Made by a program: the position numbers and the translations under genes. Of a stretch of DNA of 64,000 bases, positions 1 to 20,399 are shown in pieces. The stretch is taken from NCBI RefSeq assembly GCF_009914755.1, contig NC_060927.1; one strand, 5' to 3'. The notes under the pieces were generated by a model. It searched no databases, was not told where the DNA came from, and saw only the letters and a list, made by a program, of their open reading frames with translations. The stretch's first letter is position 1. Each line of letters opens with the position of its first letter. The DNA comes from the human T2T-CHM13v2.0 reference genome, Homo sapiens.

Positions 1-890
1 AAGAAAGTGTCAGGTACAGTGTAGGTGTTAAGTAAAGATTCATTGAATTCAATGCAATTCAACTGTAGGCTCCCGGAGGAGGTTGGAGTGCTTCTCAGAG
101 AGGGCAAACTCATAGCAGGAGCTGTTCAGCAGAAGCCTCAGAACCTGAGACAGGATCCCTGCCTTTGCTGTCACAGTCATGGGCTGCTCCTCTGCACACA
201 CCTCACCCTTATTAGACTGGGCCTTCTGAGGCCAAATGCCGTCTATTTTGTTCTCTGTCCCCTCAGCACCCAGCCTGACACCCATTCATAAATAAATGCC
301 TCACCCAGAGTAGGTTCCATTTTTGAGAAACCGGACTAGAAACAGGCGGAGAGAGGAAGAGAACAAGACCCTTTGCTTGGGGCTAGAGGAGGGCTGGCTG
401 GAGAGGAGGGCAGAGGCCGACACCTTGCGACTTGTCCATCATGCTGTAGCTGGAAGTATTTCGCCCACCAGGGAAGGAGCTAATGTAAGCAGGAGAGTTA
501 TTTTGAAATACAGAGAGGCAGTATAGTGGGACAATGGATATTTATCAAGATTTTTTTCTCCCTTGCCCAGTGGTTCCCAAACCTCTCTGTCCCCACTATT
601 TCCACCCTTCTGCCCCGTGACCTTTCTCCTCTCTCCTGCACAGTCTGCCATATTCATTAAAGGAAATATACAAAGGAACACAGAAAGAGTCAAGCCTTGG
701 ATGTTGAGTTTCAAATACATTTAAAAAAACTCCTAACAAAGACAACATTCTTGAGAGCCAATGCTTTCAAATATATATATGATATATATTTTATAAAATA
801 TATATCAAAAGAGCAGGTCCTAAAGGAAGCTGGAAATATAATTCATCACAAATCAGTGGTTCTCAACCCCATCAAACCCAGCAGACTCCC

Positions 891-1240
891 TTTTTCTTTT
901 AGTTCAACCTTTCTATTACCAAAAATTTCAAAAATCCACACCAGTTGACTGAATAGTAAAATGAACCCGATGTAGCCATCATCCAGCTTCAACAATTACT
1001 GATACGTGCTACCTTTTGTTTTATCTCTACCTGACCCACTCTACCACCCTGATGATTTCAGGGCAAATCATAGCATTTTATCTGAAAATACTTCTGGATG
1101 TAATCTTTTAAAATAAAGTACTCGTTTAGAAAACATAACCTCAATATGATTATTACACTAGAGATAATTAATAATAATTCCTTAATTACCATGTTCATAC
1201 TTCCCTGAGTAACTTATACATTTTTGACAATTTGTTTGAA
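891..1240 (-). mobile_element. Old L1M (L1MC-like) 3' fragment inserted in the MER20B-like element
   Basis: L1MC-type 3'UTR sequence (CCATCATCCAGCTTCAACAATT; TAATAATTCCTTAAT). CCCTTTTT recurs at both junctions. Confidence 0.5.
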
Positions 1241-1889
1241 ACCCCTTTTTATAATGGGTACTTTGCAAAGTCCCCTTTATTATCCTCAGATAAAACCAAT
1301 AGGTAAATCTGATCTACTATGTAATTTAACGATCAATATAACACCCTAACAGATATAAAGGAAAAACAAAATAAAAGCTACTTAAAACATATGTTTCAAC
1401 ATTTAAGTGCTTAGACACCAACCGCTACAGTAGAGAATATAGTAATGTAGTTCTATGCTTGAACGTGAACATTGAGCCACAGTGAATATCACGGCCTTGA
1501 ACACAGACTGATCTAGAGGTGTTATGTGGTGATTTAAATATCATAAATGGTATTGCCATTGGTACATACTTTTTCTGAAATGAATAACTCCTGAGAAGGT
1601 CTCTAAAAAAGAGGGTTCAACCTTTTCCTGATTTATATTATTGTTGCTGTCCTAGAAAATTCAGTGTATATTTTATGTTTAAAGTGTGCAAAAATTTCTG
1701 TGTGTTTATATGTAAAATGGAATTAGGCCCTGAGTGCAAATAATTATAAGTGATTTTTAAACCTATATGACTGTCTGGGAAAAGTACTCAAGTCATGCGG
1801 GATGCAGAACAATTCTTTATTGGTGGGACCATCCCAAGCATTGTGAGATGTCTTTTATTCTTGGCTCCTGCTCACTAAGTGCCAGAACT

Positions 1890-2135
1890 ATTTTAGAGTA
1901 ATAGAGATTGAAGAGACTTGAGAACTAAATTCAATATATGATCCTTAATTGAATCCTGGATGGAACTATAAACCAGCTGTAAGGAATATTACTGGGATAA
2001 CTGGGGACACTTGAATAATAAATCATATAATAGACAATAGTATTAATGCTAAACTTCTTTACTATTTGGGTAATTATAGTTGGATCTATTCTTGCAACTC
2101 TTCCATAAATTTGAAAGCTTTTGAAATAAAATGTT
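1890..2135 (+). mobile_element. Old L1M (L1MC-like) 3' end fragment
   Basis: GATCCTTAATTGAATCCTGGA ... TATTCTTGCAACTCTTCCATAAATTTGAAA...AAATAAAA is typical of L1MC 3' termini. Confidence 0.55.
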
Positions 2136-3762
2136 TTGGGGGAAATACCCTCACAAATTTTCAAAATTGCCATGAGGGCCATACCACAAGTGGTGGCATA
2201 AGTAACAGATCCAGAGGGCAGGAGGTTGATTTGGGAAAGGGGCAAGAGGATTAGAAATGGAGTGAGGTTTCTTCCTCATGCCCTACCTTGGGCTGGGTAC
2301 CAGGATGGATACCTAGAAACTCCTTTAAATTTGGGTTTCTGAGAGTAGTAATGACTTGTAACCTACTTACCCTCTGGAATGTAAGAAGTAGCAGTCTTGC
2401 TAATATTCCCCAGGGCCACAAAAGCATGGGAGAAGTAGATTGTCACAAGCTGCAGAATGTTGATGGAGAGCATCAGAAAGCCCCCACATCCCCAGGAGAC
2501 ATGCACAAATGGCTGATAAAGGGTGAGGAGCTTAGGTCAGCAGATACTACCAGAGAGCTGAGGGTGGCTATGGCTCAGAGGCTCCCTTAGTGCCTGCTCT
2601 CATGTCCTGGACTGGGGTGCTGTTTTTGGAACTTAGCTGTTCCCCTTGCTGAAAACGCAAGTATGGAGCAGGGGTGGAGTGCAGGACAAAAGACACACAA
2701 AATTTGACTGAGTTAAACTTAAAATGTCTGAGTAATCACTAGTGTGATTGAATTTACCTGAAAGTGTTTTCTGCTGTCAAATGGAAATGAGAATTCAAGG
2801 TAGAAATTGAGTAGAGTTACAGAAAATTAAGCTCCATTTCTTTTGGTAAATGTGATTTTGTGGCTTGTGAAAATTTGAGTCTGCTAAAGTAGTTAGATCA
2901 GATGTGTTCATGGAATACAGTATTCAGTATAGCTGAATATATAGAATGTATCAGAAAGATGACAAGAAACTGGACAGACGATTGTGCAAACAGAAATACC
3001 ATTTTGATAGTGGATGGGAGCTGCTAGGGGAGAAGTTGTATCTGAAATTATGAGTATAGAAAAGCTCCAGAAGTCCTGGGGGGACCTTTTTCCCAGTTCT
3101 CTAATCCAGAAGAGATGAGGAAGACAATGTATTCACTTAGTTCAAAAAATATCATTTTAAAAACTGTTTGTATTCCTAAATGAGGCCCTTAGAGAATGCA
3201 TGGGTCCCCTGTGAAATAAAACCCTTGTGACTTCAGCCCGGCTCCCTTTGTTTAATCAGAGGATGCCATAGTCACAGGCAGGGGCAGATGGCTGAGATCC
3301 TATCGCAGCAGCCTCAGGACTTAGGAACCTTAATTTTAAAGGGGGATTAAAGCACAAAAAAACGTTGTTAAAACATCATGCATTTTCATAAGCACCTAGA
3401 CATGCTCGCTCCCTGCTAGATGTTTATGTGACAGGTCTTTGGAACATAAACTGTGATGGAAGCAAGGGAGCTTTTATGTTGACTCTGTATGGGGGAAAAT
3501 CAGTATTTGTCTTGCTAAAAGTGCTAGGAGGGGTTCCTCCCTTGTCTCCTTTGTGGTTTCTTGGCTCATGGAATGGAGGAAAAGTCTGGTATCATTCCAG
3601 CTTGGTGGATAATGGTGACTGGGAATTGAAGCCTCTCCTAAGACACTGCAGCATACATGAGGGAGCCCTCAGCATGTAGGAGCAGTGAGGCAGTCCATGC
3701 CTTCTAAACCAGAACTCTAAAGTTTTATTTCAGTGCATTTTAGACATCAAGCCATTCTGGTG

Positions 3763-4400
<638 letters not shown>

Positions 4401-4654
4401 TTGGAAAATGATTGGGTCACAATTGTTCTCTCTACTCAGTTGGTTTCTGACCCTGCTTTCATCAAAATGGACATGTGTCCCTTGTCCCTGCTCTGCATCC
4501 CTGCTCTTTTTACCCAGGGTAGCATTACAGGCATAATTATTATTTCTATCAGAGCTTTAATTATGCATGGATTCAGGATGTGTCTTCTAGTCAATGGGAT
4601 CTTACAATTCCTTCAGTTGAGTCTCAGTCACAAAGTAGTTTTATTGCATGGCAA

Positions 4655-4925
4655 TTTTAAGAAAGCTTCAACATTAAACTTGTAGAATGGTGTCTGAGGC
4701 TTGGAAGAAAATCCCAGAGGCAATAGTGGAGCACTCCCAGGAAATGTCTGTTCATCAATGTTCGTGATGGTATATTGGGTAGAAAACCATGATCATTAAT
4801 GCCTCAGTTGAAAAGCAATTCAGAAGAGCTGGACTTAGAATATGAAGATGTTTTAGAAATACCATACCAACTTATTTCACTTATATTCCTATTTTTACGA
4901 ATGTACAAGAATGACATATAACTAG
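4655..4925 (+). mobile_element. TcMar (pogo/Tc2, Kanga-like) transposase C-terminal fossil
   Basis: Frameshifted translation KLVEW-VSEAWKKIPEAIVEHS-RKCLFINVRDG resembles the C-terminal W..AW..I....I..SFKKC motif of pogo-family DDE transposases. Confidence 0.6.
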
Positions 4926-6906
4926 AATCTGTGTCGGAGCGTCCTTGCTGGGCTTCTGGTGGTCACAGCTCTGCTGTTTGCTCCTAGATTCTGTATTTCA
5001 AGGTGGGGAAGAAGTGACTGCAGGTACTAGTGATGGAAAAAGAAGGCCGTGGACAAGTTCTGGAACATTAAACAACAAGACTTCTTTAAAAGGGAAAGGA
5101 AAGGCTGTGGTGAAGTAAAAATGATGAAGAGGTGTTTTTAGCAAAAACTGGTGACCCTGCTGATTATTTCAAAGTCAGTTATTTTGAACTATTTAAGGTA
5201 TTAACCTTCTTGCAGACGTGGTGCCCTCACCTACAGAGGCTGAAAGTGTCCAAAGTGAATTACGCAGAAGGCCATTTAGGCTGAGCCTCTTGGCATTCTG
5301 AATTGGATGCCATTTTTAAGTTTTATTTTCTCATGGTTGCTGTGTGTGTGTTTATGTTTGCAAAAGCAGTTTAGGCCCTGGAATTGCAAGCTGTTCTGTT
5401 AAGGCCCAGGCCGCTTTGCTATCTCCTACCTTTGTTCCTCACTTCATTTTGGAGGATTGTTACACATTTGTAAGTACAATGGGATTATTTATTCATTGTG
5501 TCCGTCCACTCTTTTCTGTGCCACAAAAGGAGAAATAGCCTGCACTGCGACTTAAGAGCTTTCTGACCGCTCCAAAGTCATGACATTTCCTTTGCTTTTT
5601 GATGGCTGGCTTTGAAAAGCAAGGGGAAGCTGGGTGACAAACTCTGTTGGCTCCAAGAGGGAGATGACTTGTCGTTGTTGTGAAAAAACGTATTTAGTCA
5701 CTTTTAAAAAGCAAATTGTGGACTTAATAGAGCCACACGGTCTTCTTTGGAGATTGCTACAAGGTGGATTGTCTTGATAAAACATTTGAAGTCAGAAATA
5801 CATCAAGCGTCAGTGAATATAAGCACTGACCTGAACTCAAGCACACAACATTCTCACCAAGCTTTAGAGTTTTTTTTTTTTTAAATAGAGAGAGGATAAC
5901 TGTCCAGTACTTTTCACTGTGCTTTCTTCGCAATTCTTCTTCCAGTTCCAAATCAAATGAAAGAGTTGGATGATGAACTATTTTGAGTCTATCTGAGACC
6001 GTATGCGTTGGTATCTGTAGGCTCAGCTTTTTGGGTTTCTGCAGAAGCTGTGAATGTGCGCTTGAAGCCAAGCATTTAGCAGGCCCTTTCAAGGCCAAGG
6101 GCAAATCTCTACATTAAACAGAACCAACGCCTTCTCAGCATCACCCACTCCCAAGCCCCTTCATGATTGTTATGTTTACTATCACTTTTTAGGTAATATT
6201 GACAGAGCAACCCCAAGTCATGTTGATTTCCTCCTGGACACTTAACTGTCTTTGAGGTAGCTGCCACCAGGTGAGAGTAGAGTCTTCAGTCATGGCTGCA
6301 CTTTGCCAGATGTAGATGAGAATGAGTGAGAGAGAGTCAATTGTTGCTTACATTTTTTTTCTATTAAAGTAATAGCTATATTAAGTATTATTATGAGTAG
6401 TTAACTATGTTTTAATTACTAAGCCCTTTCTCAAACCTTTATTTTACAACCTCAGTATTCTGCTGTTGAAAGAAGGTAACACACCCTTCCTACTCCAGAC
6501 TTTTGATAAAGCGCAAATTCAATAGACTATGTTGAGAAGGCAACAAATTTAAGATTTAAAAAGGGATTTTATTAGAAAAAGAAAACATATACTTTGAGAA
6601 TGGTTGTGTTCTGTTGTGAGCAGTGGATTGAACAAGATGAAGATAAGACTTAGGTTAGGAGGAAGGGCCAACTGGAGTGGGCCAGGACAAGATGGCCCTT
6701 TGGCCCAGGTCCTTGGAAAGGCTGTGGTTGCAGCATTTGTCTTTTTTTTTTTTTTTTTTTCTCCTTTCCTTCTTTCCTTTCTGGAAAAGAAAAATACAGA
6801 AAAATGGAAAGGGCAATGTAAGATCAATGCTTGGGTATTCACATCCTAGAATTAACTAATAAAGTCATTTTTGCTTTAGGTTTTAAAAAATCATTTAAAA
6901 GAAATA

Positions 6907-7194
6907 GAGGCGGGCATGGTGGTTCACGCCTGTAATCCTAGCACTTTGGGAGGCTGAGGCAGGTGGATTGCTTGAGCTCAGGACTTTGTGACCAGCCTGG
7001 GCAACCTGATGAAGCCCCATCTCTACAAAATTAGCCAGACGTGGTGGCACATGCCTGTAGTCCCAGCTACTCCGGAGGCTGAGTTGGGAGGATCGCCTAA
7101 GCCCAGGAGGTTGAGGCTGCAGCAATGAGCCGAGGTTGCACCACTGCATTCCAGCCTGGGGGACACAGTGACACCCTGTCTCAAAAAAAAAAAA
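6907..7194 (+). mobile_element. AluJ (Jb-like)
   Basis: GGATTGCTTGAGCTCAGG, GAGGCTGCAG, CCCTGTCTCAAAA; A-tail. Confidence 0.93.
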
Positions 7195-8793
7195 GTAACT
7201 AAAATTGAAGTCTCCTTTATTTTCTCCTCCCCAGTACAGTTCATATTCCTCTTTCCCCAGGAAAGGGAACTTTAGGACCTTGGTTTATTTTCCTCCCCTC
7301 AAGGAAAGCCTACAGTACTGCTAATACCATTATTATTGTTGCTTAAATGCAAATGGTATCATTGTAGTATTTATGGTATTCTCATTGCTCTTTCACTCAA
7401 CATTTTCTCTTCCAAGTCTCTCCGTGTTGAGATGTGTGTGTTGATTCATTTTAATTTCTGGATAGTATTTACTTTTATGAGTATATGTATAAAAATATCC
7501 TCTTGATATGTTGAAACACATCAGGTATTCTGTCAATGTCACCTTCTTAAAGTGTCCCCTGGGGACCTCTAAACTCCAGTCAGAACTGCTTGCCTTCTAC
7601 ACTGGCAACACATCTGTTATCCTAAGAATTTTCCTTTCATCTTTCCTGTATTGGTTTTCCTCTTTCCTGTATTCCCTATCTTCCTCTTTCTTGGTTTATG
7701 CCTTTGTTTTGGCAAAGACTATATTACAGCAGCTTCTGGAGAAGGGATGTATGGGAGATAAACTTTTTGAGTATTTGAATGCCTAAAAATGTCTTTATTT
7801 TGCTCTCACAAAATACTTATGCTGGATGTATAATGTTAGGTTGAAAATAATTTTCCTTCAGAATTTTAAAGGCAGTGTTCCACTGTCTTCTACATTTAGA
7901 ATGTCATTATTTAGGGCTGTAAAGCTATTCTGGTAACTGTGCTTTTTTTTTTTTTAACCTCTTGCTATTGTCTTTCCTCTTAGGAAGTTTGAAAGGTCTT
8001 CTATTGTTTTAAAATTTCATAATTATATGTCCTGATGTGGTTTAATTTTCATCCATTCCCTGAGTAGTTTCTGAACACGTGGGGCAGCTACCAGCCCACC
8101 CTTCCAGTGTTGGGAAATTTCTTGAATTATTTCTCTAAAAATGTCCTCCCCTCAATTTTCTCTACTCTCTCTTTCTGAAAATCTTGTTATTTAGACGTGA
8201 GATCTCCTAAACTTTTCCTCCTAAATTTTAATCATTTCTCTTCTATTTTCCATCTCATCTTTCTGTTCTACTTCAAGACATAGCCTCTCAACTTAAAAAA
8301 AAAAACTTTTAACCTTGAAAATGAGGTTTTTTTTTTGTCATCATCTTTTTAATTTCCAAAGGTCCTTTTCCTTATTTTAAAAATGGGATCTTTTTATCAA
8401 TTCGTGCATATACAGCATTTTCTCTTATGTCTATAATGATACTACTAATAATTTTAAAAGTTTTATTCTTCCACATGGAATATGTTTTATTCAAATAACT
8501 TTTTTAGCTCCTGTTTTTCAATTACAGAACTTCTTCAAATGCCTGGGGATCTTGGGTTGTCCTCTCATAGTTGAGTAGGTTCCTAAGCTTGGTTGCTTCT
8601 TGCTAATTATAGGCCTCACTGTAGGGAGATCTGGCTGGGTCTTTTGTTTAGAAACTCCCGCCATCATTTTCTTTAGGTCTTTTTCTTAGACTGAACATAG
8701 TCCTTGGAAACGGTTTTTCATGCTTTTGATTGGAACATAAATATAAGCCTGGCTGTCAGAATTCTGGCAACCCAAAAAAGAAAAATGCTGTGA

Positions 8794-12170
<3,377 letters not shown>

Positions 12171-12699
12171 AGAATTGAGACTTTTACTTTAACCCCTCTA
12201 TGTTTATAAAGATACCCCTGACCTCAACTATGCTGGTGTCCCCCAATCCATGCCTTCTATTTTGCCCTGAACCACAGAGTCAGAAAGGGGCAATTTCCCT
12301 CATGGGCAAAGTGAAGATGGAGATTTGGGGCTCTAAATGCTTTTAAAACAGGCTTTAATCTGTTTTACTCCATCTTTACTCCCATGTACTGTCCAATAGT
12401 ACTGGTAAAGCCAATTGATACATCTTTTGAATATTTTGTCCATAAATCAGAGGTGCTTCTTGATTACTTCATTGCCAATTTAAAATCTGGCTTTCTTGGG
12501 TCTGCTCAGTAAGTGACTACTCACCCATCTGCTTTTCAGATTGCAAATTTTGCTGCTGCTGTTTATTTTTTATTTGTTTTTGTGGTTTTATTTCTAGGAA
12601 AGCCATTAATTGTTATTTTGCTGAGATTTAAGGAGGAAGTGAAGACAAAAATATGCATTTGTCTTTCCATCTTTAACAGGAAACCAATTTTGCTTCATC

Positions 12700-14445
<1,746 letters not shown>

Positions 14446-16137
14446 AATTTCTTGTTTCTAGTTTCTGGAAAAACTCTGAAAGGACTGCTTCATGATCTGT
14501 CAAGGCTGGTTTACCATCTGAATTAATAAAAGTAACTAGAAACACGTCTGTAACTAGATACCACAGGAAGATGCTCTTTGCCTGGCAGTTCTGGTGGATA
14601 TGATGTACACTCTTCATTTTTAAGTATATTGGCTCTACTCTATTGAAAAGCAAGTCTTACCATAAAACCAGGGGAAGGAGAAAGATGCTAATAAATATCA
14701 GTGACTTTTAACAATGGACCCCACCTGATGCTGGATATGTTCTCTAGCTTAAATGTGCATTATTTTAAAAAGTATCATCTGGAAAACAATAGTGCCACCA
14801 CCTTTAAGGTAAAAAAGTGAAACATTCTGCAATGTCATTTGCAGTTTTGGAGAAGATTACTCTGTAGTCTTGCAAACAGAATTGATTCCAGAGCTGCAAT
14901 ATGCAAGGGCATAGTCAGCATTGGGTCAGAGGGTTGTTTTTGGAAACAATCTCAGGAGAAGTCAGATTTTTTCTAGAACCACTTTTTTTTTTTAATTTGC
15001 AAAGTAAATTTTAAAACATTTAAAAGTACTTTTGTTTTTAATCATGTGGCTGCCTCTGTTTAAGTAAAATTTTCACTTGAAATGAATACAGGCCTACCTT
15101 GGGAATTACTTTCTAAATCTAAAAGACCTTAGATAAGCGTCCGTCTTAAATTTAATTCTCTTTTGAAGAGAAAAAGTAATGACTTTCAAAGTAGTTAATG
15201 TATTACAAAGGAGTGGCAAGGGGAAATAAATTTCCTTTAATATAACCTTTTATTTTAATAACATAGGTACAGATCTGACTGAAAGAAAGTCTTTTTTTAG
15301 TATATCAATTGTATTATCTCAAAACAAGGTTATGCATTGAAAATTGAGTCATAAAAACACAAAATTTATCTCCTGTTGCTAATTCAGTATGCCAAAAACA
15401 CCTGCTGGAGGAAGGACATCCATTCGTATACATTCAAGTCTCATTAGTTAATTGCCAAGTAAAGCCAGATTTTGTCTTAGCTTGTCATTTTACCCACAGG
15501 GAATTAATTCTTGTAAGCAAATAAGTTAATTCTTATAGTCTTTTTTTCTCTTACTGCTTACAGTAGGAAGCCACATGATTGGGTTTCTTGGATCTTGTTT
15601 TAGGAGAAATGGAAAAATCTGACCTACAGTGAGATATGCACCACAGTAGCAAAGCGAGGAAAATGACCCTTTGCTATTGAGTTTTATCCCCAAACCCCAA
15701 TATGGATTCCTAGGAAATGAAGCTAATCTAGTGGGGGAACTACATTAGTAGATACTAGCTAGGCCTAAGTGGCCTCAGACCAAAGCACCTTTTTTTTCAG
15801 AATGATAATCACTCTTCCGTTCATTTAAATGAACGTTTCCATCTTGATAGACTCATTCAGAGGTAACCACACTTTTCATGCAGAGTGAAGTAGCCACAAG
15901 GAGATACTTGTACAGTTCATTGCAAGAGGTTCCAGTGCCTTCCCTTGGACAGAGTTAGGCTTACAGCTTATGCTAGTATAATCTGGGTACACGCTGGTTC
16001 ATGCTCTGCTGGAGGCATGTGCCTCTGCTTCCTTTCCATTTGGAATGACTGCTTAGTACTCAATTGAATTGATAGTCTGCCGGTTATTTAACCTCTCTCT
16101 AATATCTGGCTTTTTGTTTTCACTTTCTACTTTTCAA

Positions 16138-16140
<3 letters not shown>

Positions 16141-16176
<36 letters not shown>
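16141..16176 (+). repeat. (TG)18 microsatellite
   Basis: 36 bp of perfect TG repeat. Confidence 0.99.
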
Positions 16177-16177
<1 letters not shown>

Positions 16178-17400
16178 CAAAAAGAAGGAGAGAGAGGGGA
16201 AAAGAGAGTCATAGCATCATTTTATTGTAGGGTTTAGGGGTATGATGTGATGAAGGGCCTTACATTTGGAGCTTTGGTGTTGGGTGGCAGGGACACGTTT
16301 GTGAGACAGTAATTGCTGAAAACCATTCAATGTCTTGTCTTTCATGAGAGATGTGAACCAGAGTAGTTATGAAAAATTCAGCTTGGTGCTATGCCTAATC
16401 CTTTTCAGTAATATGATTGTAATGCTTGTGCCTGGTAGGTGATCGATACATATTCAGTTATTAGTTGATTAGCTCTATATTAAAGATGCCTCAATATCAA
16501 TGTGAACACTCTAGGTTTCCGTATTTTAGGGTAGATCACGGGGAAGAGGCTCTGCCTTATGTTTTTGTGATGTGGAATGGCTGCACTGCACCAAAGGGTG
16601 TTTATTATTCTGATGCTATAAGATGTGTCTACCTATTTAATAAGTTGCTATTGCATCTTTTTTTCTGATTTTCTGAGATAGTCCACAATGGTTGCAAAAC
16701 AGCCATTCATAAAGGAACAAATTCTATCAATCTTGCAGTTTTCTTGGTTTACATTATTTCAACATTATTTTTGTGAGTTCTCCCTTTCCCCTCTCAGTGG
16801 GTTGCATGATATTTTAAAAATAAAATCTTGTTGTAGACACAGTCCCAGAAACAGGGGAAGGGGAATGAGTCTACCTAGAATAGAGGAGTTGTTTTAAATT
16901 TAATTTTCTAGTGCCTAGTTGCTATGGCTAGTCTGGGTAAATGGATGAACAGTGAATAAAGAGAATGAACAGATAAATCAATATTAATGTTTTCCTTTCT
17001 GCACCTCAGAATCAATCATAAGACCATGACTGGGTCCCGATTTTTGGCACCAATCAAAATGACAAGCTTGGTTGCTGGGACCATTCTTTGATGCATCTGT
17101 TTTTGGAGGGCAGAGATAAACTATGGAAAGATGGAATGCTGTATTTTTCCACCAGAGACATTGTTTGTGTTGTTCTTGTCCTTTTTCCTTTAAAGAGGCC
17201 AATGAGTTCTTTTGGTCCAGGGCTGTGTGCTAATGTTCCCAGAGTCACCACTGAGCTGCTCAGAGTACAGGCAGACACGGCATTTCCTTCCCTGGGAGAT
17301 CCCAGGGCTGTTCCAACAGTATCATCTCAGCATTTCGAACAAATGTCCCACCTGGAGAATTCCATTATAAATGTGGCAGCAAGTAAGTGGAGAAATTATG

Positions 17401-17574
17401 CAGGACTGGCTGCATAGTTTGCAGGACTCCGTGCAAAATGAAAATGCAGGGCCACTTAAAATTGTTAAGAATTTCAAGACAGTGACAGCAAAGTGTTAAA
17501 CTAAGCACAGGATCCCTTTTAAGTAGGGACCCTGTGTGACTTCACAGGTTTCGTGCCCATGAAAGCTGGCCTTG
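17401..17574 (-). mobile_element. MER45A (hAT-Tip100 MITE)
   Basis: TIRs CAGGACTGGCT...AGCTGGCCTTG; internal GTGCAAAATGAAAATGCAGGGCC and TTAAGAATTTCAAGACAGTGACAGCA. Confidence 0.85.
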
Positions 17575-17889
17575 CCTATAAGGATGTTTGTTTTCTCAAA
17601 AGGTTGTGCTGGAGACACAGATTCTCTGAGGCAGGGGCAGCTGGAGAGACTTTCTCCATGCCTCCTATTCCTTTTTTCTCTTGTCTGGTCTTGTCGTGTC
17701 TCCCCATGGCCTCTGAGGGCCTTGGCCACAGTCCCGGTTTCATCTTCCTCTCTTTACCTGCTCTTCTATCCCACCTACAGGTCTAGCCTTCCCTGCTCCC
17801 ATGCTGTGCAGTCATTAGCAAAAAGGTTGGAGGTATCTCTGCCAGTTGCTTATGCCTCTTCTTTTTCTCTCCACATCTGTTGGCTCTAA

Positions 17890-18862
<973 letters not shown>

Positions 18863-19129
18863 CTCTGTGAGAATCAGGCTTCCTTGGGTGTTTCTTGCTT
18901 TTTTCAGAGCTGTCTGGCTTTGGCCTGCTTAAACTAGTTGGATAACACTTTCTGAATATCTACACTTGCTCCTTATTCATTTGTCCTGAAATGTGCTAGG
19001 AGCTACAGATTCAGCAGAGAGTCTTGTCCCTGGCCTCATTAAATATGCATGAGAGTGGGAAAGAAGTAAAAAAAAAGAAAAAAAGCGTAGTATTTCAGAT
19101 GATTGTGACAAGGATGTGGTGGCTGAGAG

Positions 19130-19385
19130 AATAGTAGCCTTAGGTCTGGTGGTCTGGGAAGGCGTCTCTGGGGAGGTGACATTTCAGATGTAACCTTAAT
19201 GATGAGAAACCAGATTGTGAGAATCTTCTGGAAGAGCTTTCCAAGCTGCAGAAACCAAGAGTGGCCAAGGAGCAGAAAGAAGCCATTGCAGCCGGAGTGT
19301 GGAGAGAGAGGTGGCAGCAGGGCCGGGGAGACAGGATGATGGGCTGAACTTGCAAGGCAGGTAAGCAGTTGGGATTTTCATCTAG
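19130..19385 (-). mobile_element. L2 fragment
   Basis: GGGAAGGCGTCTCTGGGGAGGTGACATTT; AGAAGCCATTGCAGCCGGAG. Confidence 0.55.
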
Positions 19386-19951
19386 GTTCTTGAGCCTGTA
19401 GTAAACAGTACGGTCTGCTTTGGCTCTCAGGCCTCAACTGCCTCATACGCTGATGCTTGTGAGGGCTCTGCCTCCTCGGACACAGATCATGGTCTTTGGA
19501 CTCAGATCTGGGTCCAAATTCCATATCTACTATTTAGCAAGGACATGATTTGGGGTTTGTTTCTTGAGCTGCATTCACTCAACACAGGCTTACTGTTATT
19601 TCCTCTGCAGGATGAAATTCCAAACATTTATACCCCAGGAGGCTCAGGTGCCCACCTACCAGGTAGAAGATTTGCTGGAGTCATTGGAGCAGGGCTGGAG
19701 TCCCCTGCTATGCTAGGAATTAGCTCTTAATCGCTGGATTTGGGGAGATCAGGGAAATCTCGTAGGAGGGGCTTAAGGCAGTGGCTTGTTAGTAACAACT
19801 TGATATCGAGAAATCGCTCAATATTGTAGTACTTTAACTGTGTATTGACAGAGACTAAGCCCAGCAAAGAGGATACAAGATTGGTAAAAACAGTCTCTTC
19901 CTACCGGGCACTTAGTCTTGTAATTGGTAGGGAAATGCAAAGCCCTTGATA

Positions 19952-20355
19952 TACATGGTTTGAATGTTTATCCCCTCTAAAACTCAAATTGAAACTTAAT
20001 CCCCAAAGTGGCAGTATTGAGAGATGGGGCCTTAAGAGATGATCGAGTCATGAGGGCCCTGCCCTCATGAATGGATGGATGCATTCATGGATTAATGGGT
20101 TAATGGGTTATCATGGGCATGGGGCTGGTGACTTTATAAGAAGAGAGATACCTGAGTTATTATGCTAAGCCCCCTCATCATGTGATGTTCTGTGCTGCTT
20201 TGGGATTCTTCAGAGTCTGCTGCTTTGGAACTCACCAGGTCCAGCCCCTCAACCTTGAACTTCTCAGCGTCCAAAACTGAGAAGTAACTGTTTTTCTTTA
20301 TAAATTACCCAGTTTCAGGTATTCTTTTATAAGCAACAGAAAACAGACTAAGACA
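19952..20355 (+). mobile_element. MaLR solo LTR, MSTD-like
   Basis: ATGGTTTGAATG...GAAACTTAATCCCCAA...CATTCATGGATTAATGG...TAAATTACCCAGTTTCAGGTATTC...GACTAAGACA. Confidence 0.9.
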
Positions 20356-20399
20356 CATGGTCTTATTTAATTTGCATAGTATTTTGCTTAGGAAGAAGT

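Larger units (their letters stand above)
854..2190 (+). mobile_element. hAT-Charlie DNA transposon fossil (MER20B-like), split by two old L1 3' fragments
   Basis: Starts with the Charlie-type TIR CAGTGGTTCTCAACCCCATC at 854. It resumes at about 1241 (CCCCTTTTTATAA) and at about 2145 (CCCTCACAAATTTTCAAAA), matching my recollection of the MER20B consensus. Confidence 0.65.

Noticed and set aside
14449-14540. Possible exon (TTCTTGTTTCTAG acceptor, AAA/GTAACT donor)
   Set aside because: Weak donor, in-frame stops and no partner exons; unsupported without RNA data.
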